Shown one piece after another: positions 17,073 through 26,604 of a stretch of 64,000 nt of DNA. The notes under the pieces were generated by a model. The model searched no databases, was not told the origin of the DNA, and saw only the letters and a program-made list of their open reading frames with translations. Source of the stretch: a virus; IMG/VR virus record IMGVR_UViG_3300043331_002222; one strand, given 5' to 3'. The position numbers and the translations under genes are program-made. Numbering within the stretch: the stretch's first letter is position 1; each line of letters opens with the position of its first letter.

Positions 17073-18841
17073 ACGACGTCCAGGTCCACCTCGTCGACTC
17101 GCTCAGCGAAGCGGTCGCCTTCGCGAGCTGGCTGCAGGGCCGGACCGAAGTCGCGATCGACACCGAGACGACCGGTCTGACCTACCAGGACCGGGTGCGC
17201 ATCCTCCAGGTCGGTGACGACCAGACCGCCTGGGTCCTCCCCGTGGAAGAGCCCCGCTCGTGGAGCGGCCTGGCCCTCGAGTACCTCCAGCCCTACCAGG
17301 GCTGGATCATCGGACACCACTGGAAGTTCGACGCCACGAAGCTGAAGCGAACGCTCGGGCTCGAGTGGGGCTGGCACCAGGTCCACGACACGATGCTCCA
17401 GTCTCGGGTGCTCGAGCCCCTCCGGTCCGCGGCGCTGAAGAACCTGGCCAGTCGCTACGTCGACAGCCGGGCGAACGTCGCGCAGCAGGACCTCGCCGAG
17501 CGGATGCAGGGTGGCAAGCACACGTGGGAGTCCGTGCCGCTCACCTTCGACCCGTACTGGTTCTACGCTGGTCTGGACTGCGTGTGGACGTACGGAGTCC
17601 ACCAGCAGCTCCTGCCCCGGGTCCAGGCAGTCAGTCCCCTAGCCTACGACCTCGAACGCGGGGTCTCGGCGGTCTGTGCTCGGATGGAAGCCCACGGAGC
17701 GCTGGTCGACCAGGTCGCTGCGGAAGAGTACCGCACCCAGCTCGACCGGTACGTCCGGGAGGCGGCCACGTGGTGCGTGGAGAACTACGGGGTGAAGCCC
17801 GGGTCGAATGCCGAGGTGGTCCGGGTCCTCGAGGGCGAGGGGTTCGAGTTCGACAAGGTCACCCGCACCGGTGCCAAGGCACTCGACAAGGAGGTCCTCG
17901 GCGAGATCGACCACCCCCTGGCCCGGGTAGTCCTCGCTCGGCGCCAGGCCCAGAAGGTCGCCTCGACGTTCCTGCGGCACTTCATCGACGACGTCGACGA
18001 GGACAGTCGGCTCCACCCGAACGTCAACACGTGCGAGGCCCGGACCTCTCGCATGTCGATGGACTCTCCGAACCTCCAGCAGCTGCCCCGGGTGGACGAG
18101 CGCAACCCACCCTCGATGATGGTCCGAAACTGCATCATCAGTGGTCCGGGTCACACCTTGCTGATGTGCGACTTCAACCAGATCGAGTGGCGGCTGTTCG
18201 CCTCGCTGGCCAAGGACGACAAGCTCCAGACCGCCTTCCAGGCTGACGACTTCTTCACAGAGATGGTCCGCCAGGTCTTCCAGGACCCGGAGGCGACCCG
18301 CAAGGACCCACGCCGGCAGACCACCAAGAACGCGATGTACGCCAGGATCTACGGCGCGGGCACCGCGAAGTTCGCCTGGACCGCCGGCATCAGCGAGGAC
18401 GAGGCTCAGCGCTTCACCGCGCTGCTCGACTTCACGTACCCCTCGATCCGCCAGTTCACCCGACGGGTCGAGAACACCGCCCAGGCTCGCCGTCACGACG
18501 AGGGTGAGGCGTACGTCCGCAGCCCATTGACCCGCCGGCGCTTCGTGATCGACGACGACTCGACGTACAAGCTGGTCAACTACCTGATCCAGGGCACAGC
18601 GGCCGAAGTGCTGAAGATGAAGCTCATCGAGCTCGCCGCCGCTGGCCTCGGTGACTACCTGGTCTGCCCCGTGCACGACGAGGTGATCCTCGAGGTGCCG
18701 GACGAGGACGTGGACGACGTGGCCCACACCGTACTGCGGATCATGAACGACCAGACTCTGTTCGCGGTCCCCATCACGGCCAGTCTCTCCACTGGCAAGC
18801 GGTGGGGTGAGAAGGTAGATTGGCAACCCACGACGAGATGA
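17066..18841 (+). CDS. polA: DNA polymerase, family A, with 3'-5' exonuclease
   Basis: ExoI DTETTGL; PNLQQLP; motif A DFNQIEWR; motif B KNAMYARIYG; motif C VHDEV; GGAGG RBS before GTG 17066. Confidence 0.95.
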   Translation: MLNDVQVHLVDSLSEAVAFASWLQGRTEVAIDTETTGLTYQDRVRILQVGDDQTAWVLPVEEPRSWSGLALEYLQPYQGWIIGHHWKFDATKLKRTLGLEWGWHQVHDTMLQSRVLEPLRSAALKNLASRYVDSRANVAQQDLAERMQGGKHTWESVPLTFDPYWFYAGLDCVWTYGVHQQLLPRVQAVSPLAYDLERGVSAVCARMEAHGALVDQVAAEEYRTQLDRYVREAATWCVENYGVKPGSNAEVVRVLEGEGFEFDKVTRTGAKALDKEVLGEIDHPLARVVLARRQAQKVASTFLRHFIDDVDEDSRLHPNVNTCEARTSRMSMDSPNLQQLPRVDERNPPSMMVRNCIISGPGHTLLMCDFNQIEWRLFASLAKDDKLQTAFQADDFFTEMVRQVFQDPEATRKDPRRQTTKNAMYARIYGAGTAKFAWTAGISEDEAQRFTALLDFTYPSIRQFTRRVENTAQARRHDEGEAYVRSPLTRRRFVIDDDSTYKLVNYLIQGTAAEVLKMKLIELAAAGLGDYLVCPVHDEVILEVPDEDVDDVAHTVLRIMNDQTLFAVPITASLSTGKRWGEKVDWQPTTR

Positions 18842-19140
18842 AGGAGACCCAGATGGACGACCGGATGCGCCCCGGCCTCGGTGGAGTCGGCACGGGACGT
18901 CCCGCCCGACTGCACGAGGCTCCAACGCCCACCCCACCGGCCCAGCCCAAGACGATCGTCGACATGTTCTCGAAGAGCGAGGACCCCGAGGTCCTCGAGG
19001 CCCGGCGTCGGGAGGCCCGAGCTCGAGCCCAGCGCCACGAGTGGCTGAGCTTCGGAGTGATCGCCCTCGTGGTCTGGCTGATACTGATCGCTGTGGCGGT
19101 CCTGCCGCCCCTCGTGTTCCACCTCTGGAAGACGTTCTAG
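18820..19140 (+). CDS. Membrane protein
   Basis: C-terminal TM helix; the start may be 18853 (AAGGAG RBS). Confidence 0.6.
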   Translation: MATHDEMKETQMDDRMRPGLGGVGTGRPARLHEAPTPTPPAQPKTIVDMFSKSEDPEVLEARRREARARAQRHEWLSFGVIALVVWLILIAVAVLPPLVFHLWKTF

Positions 19141-19338
19141 GTGCCAGAGACCCACGTCTCCGCCTTCAAGGTGAAGATGCAGGACGGGCAGCCCTCGGTC
19201 TGCGTGTGCAAGGGCTGCGGTGACGTCTGGTCGCACAAGCAGACGCTGCTCGAGGCCGAGGGCAACGGCGTGGACCCCGACGAGGCTTACCACCAGTTCG
19301 TCGAGGAACACAGCCCGCACACGGAGCGTCCCGAGTGA
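19141..19338 (+). CDS. Small hypothetical protein
   Basis: CVCKGCG; coupled to neighbours. Confidence 0.5.
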   Translation: MPETHVSAFKVKMQDGQPSVCVCKGCGDVWSHKQTLLEAEGNGVDPDEAYHQFVEEHSPHTERPE

Positions 19339-19778
19339 TCATCGTCGGCGTGGACCCTGGCCAGGTGACCGGTGTCGCCTGGTGGGACACCGAGACCGAG
19401 GCGTTCACGGTCACGGCCCAGTCCCCCGCGGATGGCGCGGTGATCAACCTGTGGCTCTGGCTCGAGCGGTTCGACCGGGAGGGTCACGAGGTCGAGGTCG
19501 CCTGCGAGCAGTTCGTGATCGGCCCCCGCACGCTCCGAGCCACGAGGCAGTACGACGCGCTGCACGTCGCCGGGGCGCTGAAGTTCAAGTGCACCCAGTT
19601 CTCGGTGCCCTACCACGAGTACCGGGCCAGTGACACCAAGCGCCTCGTGAATGACCAGGTCCTCCGCCAGTGCGGGGGCTACACCAGCAGCGACCACGTG
19701 AACGACGCCGAGCGGGTCGCACTGACTCACCTGGCGAACGTCCTCCCCAAGCAGTTCCATGCCGCGCGCCGAGGTTGA
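19335..19778 (+). CDS. RuvC-like Holliday junction resolvase
   Basis: IVGVDPGQVTG, VACEQF, HVNDAERVA. Confidence 0.8.
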   Translation: MIIVGVDPGQVTGVAWWDTETEAFTVTAQSPADGAVINLWLWLERFDREGHEVEVACEQFVIGPRTLRATRQYDALHVAGALKFKCTQFSVPYHEYRASDTKRLVNDQVLRQCGGYTSSDHVNDAERVALTHLANVLPKQFHAARRG

Positions 19779-21618
19779 CTACGACCGCGGTCGCGTAGTG
19801 TTGGAGACTTCGTGGGCTGAGAAGGACCTGGCCCGGCAGGTCCCCGGGATGAACTGGGACGGCCGCGAGAAGGTCTGGCACGCTCCGCTCTCGTGGGGGA
19901 CGTGCGTGACGCTGCGCGGCGTGTTCGGCGACCGCCTCGAGGTCGGCCCGCTCCTCCGACAGTGGGCAGCTGACGCTCGGGCGCAGTGGATCGACTACGG
20001 CCTGCTCTTGCGAGAGTCTACGGCCGCGGACCTCTATGACGCGGCGGGTGAGAAGTGGAACCCGGACCCACGGCTGTACCCCCCGCAGCAAACCGGAGTC
20101 GCGTTCCTGGCCCTTCCCGACGGCGGCGTCCTGCTGGCTGACCAGATGGGCGTGGGCAAGACACCTCAGGCCCTCGTGGCGCTGCGAGCGCTGCCCGATA
20201 CGCTCCCGGGGCTGGTCATCTGCCCGAACAGCGTCAAGGGCCACTGGGCCAACGAAGTGCCCACCTGGTTCCCCGAGGCTCACCCGTACGTAGTGAACGG
20301 TGGTGCCCAGTCCAGGCGCAAGGTCCTGCTCGAGGCCAGCGAGGACCCGCAGGCGCTGGTCCTGATCCACTTCGACGTCCTCCGGCTGCACTCCCGCCTC
20401 GCGGCGTACGGGTCGATCCGGCTCTCCCGCTGTCAGGAGTGCGGCGGCCACGACGAGCGGATCACCCCGACGAGGTGCGAGGTCCACCCCAAGGAGCTGA
20501 ACCACCTCGACTTCCGCACGGTGATCGTCGACGAGGCGCACCGGATGAAGGACTCCAAGGCCAAGCAGACCCGCGCGGCCTGGGCGGTCCTGCACCAGCC
20601 CTCGATCACCCGGCGCTGGGCACTGACCGGTACGCCGATCGCGAACAACGTCGGTGACCTGTGGTCGATCATGCACGGGATCGCACCGGCTGACTACCCG
20701 ACTCGCTCCGCGTTCATCGACCGGTTCGCCCTGCTGGCGTGGAACCGGTACGCGGCGCTGGACATCGTGGGCGTCCGGCCCGACACGGCCGAGGAGTTCC
20801 ACAAGATCCTGGACCCCCGTATGCGCCGGATGCTGAAGGCGGTGGTGCTGCCGTTCCTGCCGCCGAAGGTTCGGGAGGTCCGCGAGGCGCCCATGGCCAC
20901 GAAGCAGGCCCGGGCGTACCGAGCGATGGAAGAGCACCTGCTCGCCGAACTGGACGACGGAGACGTCGTGCTCGCCACGACCAACCTCGTGAAGGCCCTG
21001 CGCCTGGTCCAGTTCAGCTCGAGCTACTGCGAGGTCGATCCCGAGACGAACCAGCTCCGCCTCAGCGAGCCCAGTCCCAAGCTGGACGTGCTCGAGGAGG
21101 TCTTGCAGGAGCTGGGACCGGACCGGCAGGTCGCAGTGTGCGCAGCCTCCCGCCAGCTGATCGAGATGGCCGCGGCCAGGTTCAACGCGAAGGGGGTCAG
21201 CTACCGCCTGTTGACCGGCAAGGTCCCGCAGCACGAGCGGCAGCAGAACCTGAACGAGTTCCAGGCCGGTGACGCGCAGGTGATGCTGTTCACGATCGCC
21301 GCCGGCGGCGTGGGCGTCAACATGTCGGCCGCTGACACCATCGTGTTCCTGCAGCGCAGCTGGTCCATGCTCGAGAACGTCCAGGCCGAGGACCGGGTGC
21401 ACCGGGTCGGCTCGGAGCGACACGAGTCCGTGACGGTGGTCGACATCATCGCACCAGACACCATCGAGGTCCGCCAGCTGCAGAAGCTCCGAGAGAAGGC
21501 GACCCGCCTCGAGGAGATCGTCCGGGACCGTGACCGGCTGGCCAAGGCGGGGTACTCGACCGCCGAACTAGACCACGAAGAGCAGCAGCTCCTGGCTGGA
21601 CACCTCCTTGGCGGATGA
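19759..21618 (+). CDS. SNF2-family helicase
   Basis: LADQMGVGKT, IVDEAHRMK, ALTGTPI, GGVGVNM, QAEDRVHRVG. Confidence 0.93.
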   Translation: MPRAEVDYDRGRVVLETSWAEKDLARQVPGMNWDGREKVWHAPLSWGTCVTLRGVFGDRLEVGPLLRQWAADARAQWIDYGLLLRESTAADLYDAAGEKWNPDPRLYPPQQTGVAFLALPDGGVLLADQMGVGKTPQALVALRALPDTLPGLVICPNSVKGHWANEVPTWFPEAHPYVVNGGAQSRRKVLLEASEDPQALVLIHFDVLRLHSRLAAYGSIRLSRCQECGGHDERITPTRCEVHPKELNHLDFRTVIVDEAHRMKDSKAKQTRAAWAVLHQPSITRRWALTGTPIANNVGDLWSIMHGIAPADYPTRSAFIDRFALLAWNRYAALDIVGVRPDTAEEFHKILDPRMRRMLKAVVLPFLPPKVREVREAPMATKQARAYRAMEEHLLAELDDGDVVLATTNLVKALRLVQFSSSYCEVDPETNQLRLSEPSPKLDVLEEVLQELGPDRQVAVCAASRQLIEMAAARFNAKGVSYRLLTGKVPQHERQQNLNEFQAGDAQVMLFTIAAGGVGVNMSAADTIVFLQRSWSMLENVQAEDRVHRVGSERHESVTVVDIIAPDTIEVRQLQKLREKATRLEEIVRDRDRLAKAGYSTAELDHEEQQLLAGHLLGG

Positions 21619-21626
21619 AGTAAGGT
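21597..21626 (+). promoter_or_regulatory. Promoter TGGACA-N18-TAAGGT
   Basis: Direct match; GACGAGACG immediately before ATG 21650. Confidence 0.7.
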
Positions 21627-21649
21627 AACCACCTAGAAGGGACGAGACG

Positions 21650-23470
21650 ATGATCACTGGGGAGCAAGTCGTAGCCCGCCGCAGCACTGAGAAGCTCAGC
21701 CGCAAAGCGGCGGTCGCTCAGCTGACCCAACACGAGGGTGGCGACACCTGGACCACGGGACGGCTCGGCGACCTCGAGAAGGGCAAGAAGACATTCGCGC
21801 AGTTCCGCCCTGGAGAGCAGCGCAGCCTGGCTGCGTGGCTCGGTGTCGAGCTGCCACAGGTCCTCCCGGCTGGTGACGAGGCTGGTTCCGAGCGAGTCGC
21901 GGTCTCGCCCGGCGCCGAACCGAGCCAGCCGGGGGGCACAGTGTACGGTCCACACGACGACCCGGTCATCTGGCCGATCTTCGACGAGCGGGAAGAGGCT
22001 CACGTCGTTGAGGTCGAGCCCGGCCCAGCACCGGCCGGCATCCAGCTAGCCGACGGTTCCAGACTGCCGCCCAGCGACTACGACCTCGCCCGGCGCGCCA
22101 CCGTCGACGCCTACGAGGCCGTGATGAAGCGGTTGGGTGGCAAGCCCGCTCCGGGCTTCGGCTGGCCCAGCCAGTACCGAGCCGACAACTGCCCGCCCGA
22201 GGACATGCCTCGCATCATGCAGTGGTGCGAGAAGGTCCAGCACTGGCTGGACCAGGTGGACGCGGGCACGGGTCCGTTCCAGGTCGATGCGGCTTCCCCA
22301 CCGCATCACGAGGGCGCTGCGGCCGTCGAAGAGCAGCGATCCCCAGCCGCCGCCACGGCGGTCGCAGCGCCTCTCGAGCCCCTGTCACCCCCTAACGGTA
22401 CACTAGCCGACCAGGTCACCCCGACCGGCAACTCCACGTCCTCCGTGTCGCAAGCGCAGGCGGAAGAACTGGTCGGGGTGGCCGCCCTCTGGCGTGACGG
22501 CCTGCGCCGAGTCTCGAACTCTGAGCTGCAGACCTTCAAGCACTGCCGCCGGCGGTGGTGGCTGAGCTGGTACCGCGGCCTCCGTCTCACGGCCGAACCA
22601 GCCACTGGGGTCATGTCACTCGGCACCCGCATCCACAACGCGCTGGCCGGTTGGTACGTGCCGAACGGCCAGACCCCGGTCGACCCGCGCACCACCTTCG
22701 AGAAGATCATCGAGGAGGATGAGCTGGCGCTGGTCAGGGCGACCGCCTCCCTCGAGGGTGAGGTGGTCGCCTCCAAGCTCAGCGACTTCCAGAAGGAGGC
22801 CGAGTACGGCCGGGCCATGATCGAGGGGTACGTCCAGTGGCTGGCCGAGGAGGGAGCCGACGCCGGCTACACCGTGGTGGCGCCCGAGCAGGTCCTCCAG
22901 ACCATCATCGAGGTCAACTCGAAGCTGTCGGTCCTCCTGCAGGGCCGATTGGACGTTCGCCTCCAGCGCGACCACGACCTGATCCGCCTGTTCATGGACC
23001 ACAAGTCGGTCGGCAACTTCACCGAGCCGGCCCGTGTGCTGCCCAAGGACGAGCAGATGAAGACCTACCACCTGCTCGAGGACGCGAACCGGCAGCCCGA
23101 CGAGCCCCGGACGGAGGGCGCGCTGTACAACATGCTCCGCCGGGTGAAGCGCACCGCTGGAGCCAACCCACCGTTCTACCAGCGGCTGGAGCTCCGGCAC
23201 AATCCCATCACCATCGAGCGGTTCCGGGAGCGGTTGAAGGGCGAGGCCCTGCAGCTCACCCACACCGAGCGGATGCTCCAGGAGGGAGTCGACCACCACA
23301 TGGTCGCCTACCCTTCCCCGGGTGCCAAGTGCAGCTGGGGCTGCGAGTTCACCGCCGTCTGCGACATGTTCGACGACGGTAGCCGGGCTGAGGACTTCAT
23401 CTCGGAGCACTACGTCCAGGTCAACCCGCTGGACCGCTACGACAAGGACGAAGAGGCGCACGACGCATGA
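21650..23470 (+). CDS. Cas4/RecB-like PD-(D/E)xK exonuclease with long N-terminal (HTH-like) extension
   Basis: VSNSELQTFKHCRRRWWL, GTRIHNAL, GRLD..DHKS, QMKTY, CSWGCEFTAVC. Confidence 0.85.
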   Translation: MITGEQVVARRSTEKLSRKAAVAQLTQHEGGDTWTTGRLGDLEKGKKTFAQFRPGEQRSLAAWLGVELPQVLPAGDEAGSERVAVSPGAEPSQPGGTVYGPHDDPVIWPIFDEREEAHVVEVEPGPAPAGIQLADGSRLPPSDYDLARRATVDAYEAVMKRLGGKPAPGFGWPSQYRADNCPPEDMPRIMQWCEKVQHWLDQVDAGTGPFQVDAASPPHHEGAAAVEEQRSPAAATAVAAPLEPLSPPNGTLADQVTPTGNSTSSVSQAQAEELVGVAALWRDGLRRVSNSELQTFKHCRRRWWLSWYRGLRLTAEPATGVMSLGTRIHNALAGWYVPNGQTPVDPRTTFEKIIEEDELALVRATASLEGEVVASKLSDFQKEAEYGRAMIEGYVQWLAEEGADAGYTVVAPEQVLQTIIEVNSKLSVLLQGRLDVRLQRDHDLIRLFMDHKSVGNFTEPARVLPKDEQMKTYHLLEDANRQPDEPRTEGALYNMLRRVKRTAGANPPFYQRLELRHNPITIERFRERLKGEALQLTHTERMLQEGVDHHMVAYPSPGAKCSWGCEFTAVCDMFDDGSRAEDFISEHYVQVNPLDRYDKDEEAHDA

Positions 23471-24273
23471 CCGAGCTCTGGACACCGCAGCAGGCCATCT
23501 GGAGCCCGACCTTCTCCCTGCTAGTCCACGCACCGGCGAAGACCGGCAAGACGACCCTGGGTGGCACGTGCCCGCCGCCGGTCCTGATCATCGACTCCGA
23601 GTGGCGGACCCGCTTCCTCCCCTTGGCCGAGAGCCTGACTCAGATGTACGGCCGACCGGTCCGCCTCACCCAGTGGGTGCCGACCCAACCACCCCCTAGG
23701 TACAACGGCACGTGGGACATCTGCGTGGTGTACGTCCAGGACTGGCTCAGCGTCGTCCGGACCTACCAGTGGCTGCTCCAGGCCGAGCACGACTTCACCT
23801 CGATCGTCGTCGACTCGATCACCGACATCCAGCGGCGCTGCAAGCAGGCGCTGCGCGGCACCGAGGCGATGAAGATCCAGGACTGGGGCACCCTGCTGAC
23901 GGAGATGGACTCGATCATCCGCGGGTTCCGGGACCTGACCATGCACCCGACCCACCCGTTCAAGGTCGCTATGTTCATCGCTGAGACCCGGCAGAACCAG
24001 GCCGGCAAGTGGAAGCCCTACATGCAGGGCCAGATCGAGGTGGCGCTGCCCTACTGGATGGACATCGTCGGCTACCTCTACAAAGAGGCGACCGCGGACG
24101 CTAACGGGCAGATGACCGGTGCTGAGGTCCGCCGGCTCCTGATCAGCCAGCACCCTCAGTTCGAAGCGGGTGAGGCGGTCCAGGGCCGGCTCGGCCAGGT
24201 GGTCGACGAACCGAACGTTTACCAGATGTACACCCAGCTCTTCGGAAGTCCTAACGGCCAACACGCCGCGTAG
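23467..24273 (+). CDS. AAA_24/Sak4-like ATPase (recombinase)
   Basis: HAPAKTGKTT, IIDSE, IVVDSIT, lies between the exonuclease and SSB. Confidence 0.8.
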   Translation: MTELWTPQQAIWSPTFSLLVHAPAKTGKTTLGGTCPPPVLIIDSEWRTRFLPLAESLTQMYGRPVRLTQWVPTQPPPRYNGTWDICVVYVQDWLSVVRTYQWLLQAEHDFTSIVVDSITDIQRRCKQALRGTEAMKIQDWGTLLTEMDSIIRGFRDLTMHPTHPFKVAMFIAETRQNQAGKWKPYMQGQIEVALPYWMDIVGYLYKEATADANGQMTGAEVRRLLISQHPQFEAGEAVQGRLGQVVDEPNVYQMYTQLFGSPNGQHAA

Positions 24274-24306
24274 GCGACGAGACACAGAGAAAGGACACCC
24301 TCCACC

Positions 24307-25275
24307 GTGAGCGTGATCGACTTCAACGAAGCCATGCGGCGGGCCAAGACCGCCAGCTTCGAGCCCCTGCCCGACAACCAGTACGACATGGTCTGCCTCG
24401 AGGCGTCGTCCGAGACGACGTCGACCGGCAAGCCGATGATCAAGGCCAAGTGGCAGGTCGAGGCCGGCCCGTACGCCGGCAAGAAGGTCTTCGACCAGTA
24501 CGTGTTCTCGGCCGACAACGACAACGCCCTGTCGTTCTTCTTCGAGCACATGCGGTCGTTCGGCCTCGACGAGGCGTGGTTCAGTCAGGCCCAGTCGATG
24601 GAGCAGATCGCGGTGGCCCTGCCAGGACGGCGCTGCCGCATGGAGCTGGGGACCCGCATCTGGGAGGGCAAGCCGCGCAACGAGGTCAACAAGATCCTCC
24701 CGCCGTCGAGCCCGAACCCGGTCGCTCCCGCGGCCAGCATGGCCGTCCCCGGGGTGCCGCCGGTGCAGCCGCAGCAGGCCCCGCCCATGCAGCAGGTGCC
24801 CCAGGTGCCGCAGCCGGCGTTCCCGCCGCAGACCACGCAGGGTCCGCAGCCAGTCGCTCCACCGCCCCAACCAGCGTTCCCGCCACAGCCGGTGGCTCCA
24901 CCCCAGCCCCAGCCGCAGTACGTGCCGGGCGCGCCGGTGCCGCCCCAACCGCAGTACCAGCCGCAACCAGGCGAGCAGTTCGCTCCGGCGCCGCAGTACC
25001 AGCCGCCCCAGCCGCAGGTTCCCGCGCCTCAGCAGGCCCAGCCCGCTCCGCAGTACCCGCAGCCCCAGGTGCCACAGGCCCCGCCGGTGGCACCTCAGCC
25101 CCAGCAGCCCTACCCCCAGCCCCAGGCTCCGCCGCAGCAGCCGCAGCAGGCGGTCCAGGTGCCGCCTATGCAGGTGCCGGGCTACAACGCACCGCCCCAG
25201 CCGGTGCCGCAGCAGCCTCCCGCCGACGGGCAGGCCCCACCCCAGCAGGCTCAGCCGAGCGAAGAGCCGTTCTGA
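24307..25275 (+). CDS. DUF669-like single-stranded DNA-binding protein with Pro/Gln-rich tail
   Basis: FEPLPDNQY, STGKPMIKAKWQVEAGPYAGKKVF, RNEVNK; about 180 aa of P/Q low complexity ending EEPF. Confidence 0.85.
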   Translation: MSVIDFNEAMRRAKTASFEPLPDNQYDMVCLEASSETTSTGKPMIKAKWQVEAGPYAGKKVFDQYVFSADNDNALSFFFEHMRSFGLDEAWFSQAQSMEQIAVALPGRRCRMELGTRIWEGKPRNEVNKILPPSSPNPVAPAASMAVPGVPPVQPQQAPPMQQVPQVPQPAFPPQTTQGPQPVAPPPQPAFPPQPVAPPQPQPQYVPGAPVPPQPQYQPQPGEQFAPAPQYQPPQPQVPAPQQAQPAPQYPQPQVPQAPPVAPQPQQPYPQPQAPPQQPQQAVQVPPMQVPGYNAPPQPVPQQPPADGQAPPQQAQPSEEPF

Positions 25276-25276
25276 G

Positions 25277-25762
25277 GTGGACCTCAAGGAGTTCCTCGGC
25301 CTGCAGCAGGAGCTGCAGGTCGAGGCCTTCCACCGAGACCCCACCGTCCTGCGGGGAGCGGAGCGGTCAGCGTTCATCCTCTGGAACGCGTACGCCCTCG
25401 AAGACGAGGTGCACGAAGCGACCAGCGAGGTAAGCTGGAAGCCGTGGGCACAGGGCGACCGCTTCGACCGGGACGCGTTCCTCGGTGAGCTGGTCGACGC
25501 ACTGCACTTCCTCGGCAACCTCCTTCTCACCACGGTCGAACCCGACGGGTCGATCGACTCTCTCGCCAAGGAAGTCGGTGAACGGTACAAGGCCAAGCGC
25601 CAGCGGAACCTGGAGCGGCAGCTCGAGGGGTACGACGGCGTGTCGACCAAGTGCCCAGGCTGCAAGCGAGCCCTCGATACTGCCGAGGCAACGGTGACGG
25701 TGGACGGCTGCCTGTTCTGCCGTGGCTGCGGCCGGTTGCTCCAGGAGCCGGCACCCACGTGA
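25277..25762 (+). CDS. All-alpha (dimeric dUTPase/MazG-like) dNTP pyrophosphohydrolase with C-terminal zinc finger
   Basis: EDEVHE...SWKPW, ELVDALHF, KRQRNLERQ; CPGC...CRGC. Confidence 0.8.
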   Translation: MDLKEFLGLQQELQVEAFHRDPTVLRGAERSAFILWNAYALEDEVHEATSEVSWKPWAQGDRFDRDAFLGELVDALHFLGNLLLTTVEPDGSIDSLAKEVGERYKAKRQRNLERQLEGYDGVSTKCPGCKRALDTAEATVTVDGCLFCRGCGRLLQEPAPT

Positions 25763-25947
25763 CGACCATGGTCCGCCTCGACTGTGGTCACGTCTACGAG
25801 GCAGACCACAAGAGCGGTGACCGGTCGGTCGAGTGCTGCGAGACGCTGTACGGCGTCCGAGCCAACCTCCCGACCGAGGTCACCTACGAAGTACGCGTCA
25901 TCAGACCGGCACCCAAGCCGGACGATGAAGAAGAGGAGGGCACGTGA
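25759..25947 (+). CDS. Small Cys-rich protein
   Basis: LDCGH...ECC; GTGA overlaps. Confidence 0.5.
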   Translation: MTTMVRLDCGHVYEADHKSGDRSVECCETLYGVRANLPTEVTYEVRVIRPAPKPDDEEEEGT

Positions 25948-26600
25948 GAAGGACCATCACCAAGGCGCTTGGGCTGGCCGCGGCCGCCCTTCTCCTGGTC
26001 GCCGCTAGCTGCCAGTCGTCCGTCAACTCCACCACCCCGAGCGGGGTGAAAGTTCACTGGCAGCAGACTAGCTCAGCGACGCTGGAGCGAGAGATCACCG
26101 TCATCGTGCCGGCCGAGTACGCCTACAGCTCGACGATGTACGCGGTCAACAACGCTGTGCTGCAGGCCAACCGCTCGCCGTACCTACACCTCACCATACA
26201 CGTCCCGAACGTCGCACCGGTCTCGTGCCCGACCACCCACTGCGTGATCGTCACGAGGGCAGACCTGCCCTACCCGAACGTCGAGAAGACGACGTGGGGG
26301 TGGAACTCGGCCGGCCACATGTACGGCATCGCCGCCCGCGTGATTCTGGACAGCGTCCAGGCCAACGGCCTACCCCACCCGACCAACGTCTTGGTCAATG
26401 CCGGCTGTCACGGGATCGCCGGCCACGCTATGGGACTGAGCCACGGTGACATCGAGGGGCCGTGCCAGGGTGGCAAGCTGACCGGCACCGACCTCGCGAA
26501 CATCGCCGCCGCACACCGGCACCGAGACGCTGTGGTCTACGGTACGGCCTCCCAGGGGGCGGTCACGCTGAAGACGAGCGAGACGAGCGACGGGAGCTGA
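25944..26600 (+). CDS. Lipoprotein/secreted protein with degenerate matrixin-like motif
   Basis: Signal peptide with lipobox-like LLLVAASC; HGIAGHAMGLSH. Confidence 0.7.
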   Translation: MRRTITKALGLAAAALLLVAASCQSSVNSTTPSGVKVHWQQTSSATLEREITVIVPAEYAYSSTMYAVNNAVLQANRSPYLHLTIHVPNVAPVSCPTTHCVIVTRADLPYPNVEKTTWGWNSAGHMYGIAARVILDSVQANGLPHPTNVLVNAGCHGIAGHAMGLSHGDIEGPCQGGKLTGTDLANIAAAHRHRDAVVYGTASQGAVTLKTSETSDGS

Positions 26601-26604
26601 GGAG

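Noticed and set aside
19585-21423. 612-aa minus-strand ORF
   Set aside because: Antisense shadow of the SNF2 helicase
21650-23470. Cas4-like nuclease as evidence of a CRISPR system
   Set aside because: No repeat-spacer array or other cas genes; it sits in the standard exonuclease/ATPase/SSB trio
24730-25260. CAG/CCG-rich repeats as a DNA repeat array or origin
   Set aside because: Imperfect and fully explained by the Pro/Gln-coding tail of the SSB
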